Assembly: GCA_030627705.1 (NCBI GenBank) | Contig: DAOVTE010000002.1 | Coordinates: 1-41,541, forward strand | Direction: 5' to 3' | From: Bacteroidales bacterium | GTDB lineage: Bacteria; Bacteroidota; Bacteroidia; Bacteroidales; JAFGXI01 | Length of the DNA: 41,541 bases | Shown: positions 38,491-41,541 of the stretch, piece after piece | Numbering within the stretch: the stretch's first letter is position 1 | Layout: each line of letters opens with the position of its first letter | The notes under the pieces: generated by a model | Told to the model about the DNA's origin: nothing | What the model saw: only the letters and a program-made list of their open reading frames with translations | Database searches by the model: none | Translations under genes and position numbers: made by a program

Positions 38491-39516
38491 TTATCTATTA
38501 GTCCAAGTTTTAAGTCCATTTTTTGTGAATTCGTATCTGTGAACTTTTCCTTGGAATTTTTTAAGTGCATTAATTACGTTGTATCTAGTATTTGCTGGGC
38601 AATAAAAAAACATAAATCCGCCACCACCTGCGCCTGAAATTTTTCCGCCCGATGCACCTGCATTAATTGCTTCTGTATAAATTTCTTCCATAAGAGGTGT
38701 GGAAATTCCTTTTGCCATTTGCTTTTTATACTGGTATCCGTAGTTTAAAATCTCACCAATTTTGTTTAGTTCGCCTTTTAGTAAGGCTTCTTTCATTAAA
38801 ATTGCTTGATTCTTAATTTTGTGCATTGCCTCAATCGAATTAGCATTTTTATCTCTTACATTTTTTTGTTGCTTGGCAATAATATCCGCAGAAACTCTAC
38901 TTGTATCTGTATTGTAAAGAATTATATTATTTGATAATTCATCAATAACATTAGATTTTATTCTTAATGGATTTACAATAACTTTATCGTCTTTGTAAAA
39001 TTCCATAAAGTTAAATCCTCCGAATGTGGCTGCGTATTGATCTTGTTTTCCGCCTGCCATATCTAAATCTATACGTTCTATTTCGTACGCTAAATGTGCT
39101 AAATCGTATTCGCCCATAGGTAAATTTAACCATTCGGCAAAAGCTCCTAAAACTGCGGTTACAAGTGTTGATGATGTTCCCATTCCAGACCCTGGAGGAG
39201 CATCAACGTAAGTAGAAAGTTTAAATGATAATGCTTTTTTAGAAAAATCTTTAACAACTCTATTGTATATGCCTTTTATTAAATCTAAGTTTCCATCTAG
39301 TTCTAGATTTTCTTTGGAGTCTAGCTCAATTATTTCGTCTTTATCTATTGCATGAAAAATTATCTTATCACCTTCTAAAGGTTCAATTGTAGCGTAAGCA
39401 TACATAGAGATTGTAGCATTTAGAATTGCTCCACCGTGTAAATCTGAGTATGGCGAGACATCGGAACCGCCCCCAGCTAGCCCTATCCTTAAAGGTGCTT
39501 TACTTCTTATTATCAT
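38491..39516 (-). CDS. hddA: D-glycero-alpha-D-manno-heptose 7-phosphate kinase (GHMP kinase)
   Basis: RSKAPLRIGLAGGGSD, PPGSGMGTSS, GGKQDQYAA, GKISGAGGGG. Confidence 0.92.
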   Translation of the reverse strand: MIIRSKAPLRIGLAGGGSDVSPYSDLHGGAILNATISMYAYATIEPLEGDKIIFHAIDKDEIIELDSKENLELDGNLDLIKGIYNRVVKDFSKKALSFKLSTYVDAPPGSGMGTSSTLVTAVLGAFAEWLNLPMGEYDLAHLAYEIERIDLDMAGGKQDQYAATFGGFNFMEFYKDDKVIVNPLRIKSNVIDELSNNIILYNTDTSRVSADIIAKQQKNVRDKNANSIEAMHKIKNQAILMKEALLKGELNKIGEILNYGYQYKKQMAKGISTPLMEEIYTEAINAGASGGKISGAGGGGFMFFYCPANTRYNVINALKKFQGKVHRYEFTKNGLKTWTNR

Positions 39517-39527
39517 AAAATAAAATA

Positions 39528-41541
39528 TTATATTTTTATACCAATTACTAAAACATCATCTAATTGTTCCAGCTCGCCTTTCCATGAATTAAAACTGTCT
39601 TCTAAAAAATCTTTTTGTTTTTCTACAGGTAAGCCATTTATTTTTAATAGTGTTTGTCTGAATCTACGGAACTTATATTTTTTACCAAATTGACCTCCAA
39701 ATTGATCAGGAAATCCATCAGAGAATATGTAAATCATATCGTTTGATAGTAATTGTATTTTATGTTTGTCAAAATATTCTTTTGTGCTATCTGATGATTT
39801 TCCTACAGAAAATCTATTTCCTTTAATTTCTATTATTTTATTATTTCTAATAACATAAACAGGGTTCATAGCACCGGCAAATGATAGTGTACTATTTGTT
39901 TTATCAATAACTATTATTGATAAGTCCATGCCATCATTAATGTATCCATCGTTTGTATCTGAACTAAATGTTTCAGATACACCTTTATTCATTCTGTTTA
40001 ATATTTCGGCAGGATCCTCTATTTTTTGCTCGTTTGTAATATTTCTTAGTAAATCAAAACCTATTATAGACATAAATGCTCCCGGAACACCGTGTCCTGT
40101 ACAATCTACAGCAGTAATAAATATTTTGTTGTTTTTTTCAGCTATCCAATAAAAATCACCACTAACTACATCTTTTGGTTTAAAAAATATAAACGACTTT
40201 GGAAGCAATGTTTTAAACAGAAATTGAGAAGGCATCATTGCTTGTTGAATACGTTTCGCATAGTTTATACTATCTGTAATGTTTTTATTTTTTATTTCTA
40301 GTTCTTTTTTTTGCTTTGCGATTTCTAAAGATGCTAGTTGTTTTAATAATAACTCTTGATTTTCTGTTTTTAGTTTATTAGTTTTTGATTTAACATAATA
40401 AATAATAATAAATAAAACTAGTAAAAGATAAGCGCTAATTGCCCATTTGGTAAGCCATATAAGAGGCTTAATAATAATTGTTATTGATATAGGATTGCTA
40501 TTCCAAACAAGGTCATTATTTGATCCAATTACTTTAATATTATATTTTCCTGGTTGTAAATTGGGATAGTCTATAAAGTTTATGTTACCTAGTTCTTGCC
40601 AATTTTCATCTATTCCGTCTATTTTATATTTGTATGAATTTTTTATAGGGTTAGTAAATTCAATTGCTGCAAATTCTAGTTTTAAATTGTTGTTTTTGTA
40701 CGTAAGTTCAATAATATCACCATCTTTAATAAATAGTTCTTGTATTTTATTTTCTTTTCGAACTGATAGTTTTGTGAAAACTAAAGAAGGAATAAATGGA
40801 TTATCCTTTATGGAATCTGGTTGAAAATAACTTATACCTTCTGTTCCTCCAAAATAAATCTCACCTGTTTTGGATCTGTAATATGAACCGTGATTAAATT
40901 CTAAACTTAGTGATCCATCATCTTTTGAGAAAGAACGAATTTCTCCTTGCTTGTTTATTGAAGCAATTCCAAATCCAGTACTAACCCACATAACACCATT
41001 ATAATCTTCCTGTATAGAATAAACTAGGTTATCAGGTAATCCTTCATTTGTAGTATATAATTTGAATTTATTAGTTTCAATATTAAACTTATTTAATCCA
41101 CTAGTTGTTGCTATCCAAAGGCACCCTTCTAAATCTTTATATAGAGCATAAATATTATTATTGCTCAAAGAGTTTGATTTATTTATGTTGCTATAATATT
41201 TTTTGAAAGTTCCGGTTTTTTTATCGTATAAATTGAGTCCATTTTCTGTACCTACCCAAATTCTATCTTTATTGTCTAGTATTACAGCGTAAACGTTGTT
41301 GTTGCTTAACGATAATTTATCTTTGTAGTTATGAATAAAAATTTTTGGATTTTTTGTTTTTAAATTAAAAAAGTATAATCCTTTTGTTGTACCAATCCAT
41401 ACGTTTTTATTTTTATCTTCTATTATTGCTGTAACTCTAGAATTAATGTTTATTTCTGGATATATTTCTTTAATATCTATTGCTTTTTGTGTTTTAGGGT
41501 CAATTAAATCAATTCCGACTTTATGCCCTAACCATATATTT
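39528..41541 (-). CDS. Membrane sensor: two-component-regulator beta-propeller repeats + Y_Y_Y domain + TM + SpoIIE/RsbU PP2C phosphatase (5' truncated)
   Basis: The frame stays open from 41168 to the window edge (VWIGTTKGL, LSNNNVYAV, IWVGTENGLN), so the ORF-track start is not the real start. YKYKIDG..W..PGKY..GSNND Y_Y_Y domain; PKDVVSGDFYW, DCTGHGVPGAFMS, SDGFPDQFGG, DDVLVIG PP2C motifs. Confidence 0.9.
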   Translation of the reverse strand, partial: NIWLGHKVGIDLIDPKTQKAIDIKEIYPEININSRVTAIIEDKNKNVWIGTTKGLYFFNLKTKNPKIFIHNYKDKLSLSNNNVYAVILDNKDRIWVGTENGLNLYDKKTGTFKKYYSNINKSNSLSNNNIYALYKDLEGCLWIATTSGLNKFNIETNKFKLYTTNEGLPDNLVYSIQEDYNGVMWVSTGFGIASINKQGEIRSFSKDDGSLSLEFNHGSYYRSKTGEIYFGGTEGISYFQPDSIKDNPFIPSLVFTKLSVRKENKIQELFIKDGDIIELTYKNNNLKLEFAAIEFTNPIKNSYKYKIDGIDENWQELGNINFIDYPNLQPGKYNIKVIGSNNDLVWNSNPISITIIIKPLIWLTKWAISAYLLLVLFIIIYYVKSKTNKLKTENQELLLKQLASLEIAKQKKELEIKNKNITDSINYAKRIQQAMMPSQFLFKTLLPKSFIFFKPKDVVSGDFYWIAEKNNKIFITAVDCTGHGVPGAFMSIIGFDLLRNITNEQKIEDPAEILNRMNKGVSETFSSDTNDGYINDGMDLSIIVIDKTNSTLSFAGAMNPVYVIRNNKIIEIKGNRFSVGKSSDSTKEYFDKHKIQLLSNDMIYIFSDGFPDQFGGQFGKKYKFRRFRQTLLKINGLPVEKQKDFLEDSFNSWKGELEQLDDVLVIGIKI

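Noticed and set aside
246-40824. Short ORFs in the track antisense to or nested within long genes (e.g. 246-431, 2230-2430, 4169-4462, 7999-8319, 10719-11048, 32310-32591, 36617-37240, 39928-40824)
   Set aside because: They are shadows of well-supported genes on the opposite strand and carry no recognisable motifs.
41166-41168. ORF-track TTG start of the 546-aa SpoIIE protein
   Set aside because: The reading frame has no stop up to the window edge and encodes further propeller repeats; the true start lies outside the window.

Overview
AT-rich chromosomal window from a Bacteroidota organism. Likely Bacteroidales/Marinilabiliales-like, inferred from map lying between secY and infA, a Porphyromonas-type FabK, TAnnTTTG promoters and many T9SS C-terminal domains. 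It starts with the end of the spc/alpha ribosomal operon (secY partial, map, infA, rpmJ [missed by the ORF track], rpsM, rpsK, rpsD, rpoA, rplQ). Next come a DUF4175-like/RsbW-like kinase/ybeY cluster, a TrmH methyltransferase, metK with a SAM-II-class riboswitch, miaA, smpB and rmuC. There are six T9SS cargo proteins, including a split PNGase F-like enzyme, an endonuclease I, a Lys-gingipain-like C25 protease and a choice-of-anchor L/SprB adhesin, plus a lipoprotein prolyl oligopeptidase. The window ends in a tightly packed minus-strand run: propeller sensor-SpoIIE phosphatase (partial), hddA, gmhA, hddC (no gmhB), fabK and an unknown exported protein. I saw no CRISPR array, tRNA/rRNA, transposase or prophage. 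The best leads are the metK SAM-II aptamer with a downstream anti-aptamer segment, the gmhB-less GDP-heptose operon behind a sensor phosphatase, the PNGase F fold interrupted by about 500 aa, and the Kgp-like protease within a secreted hydrolase cluster. All calls come from motif recognition by eye; no database searches were run.
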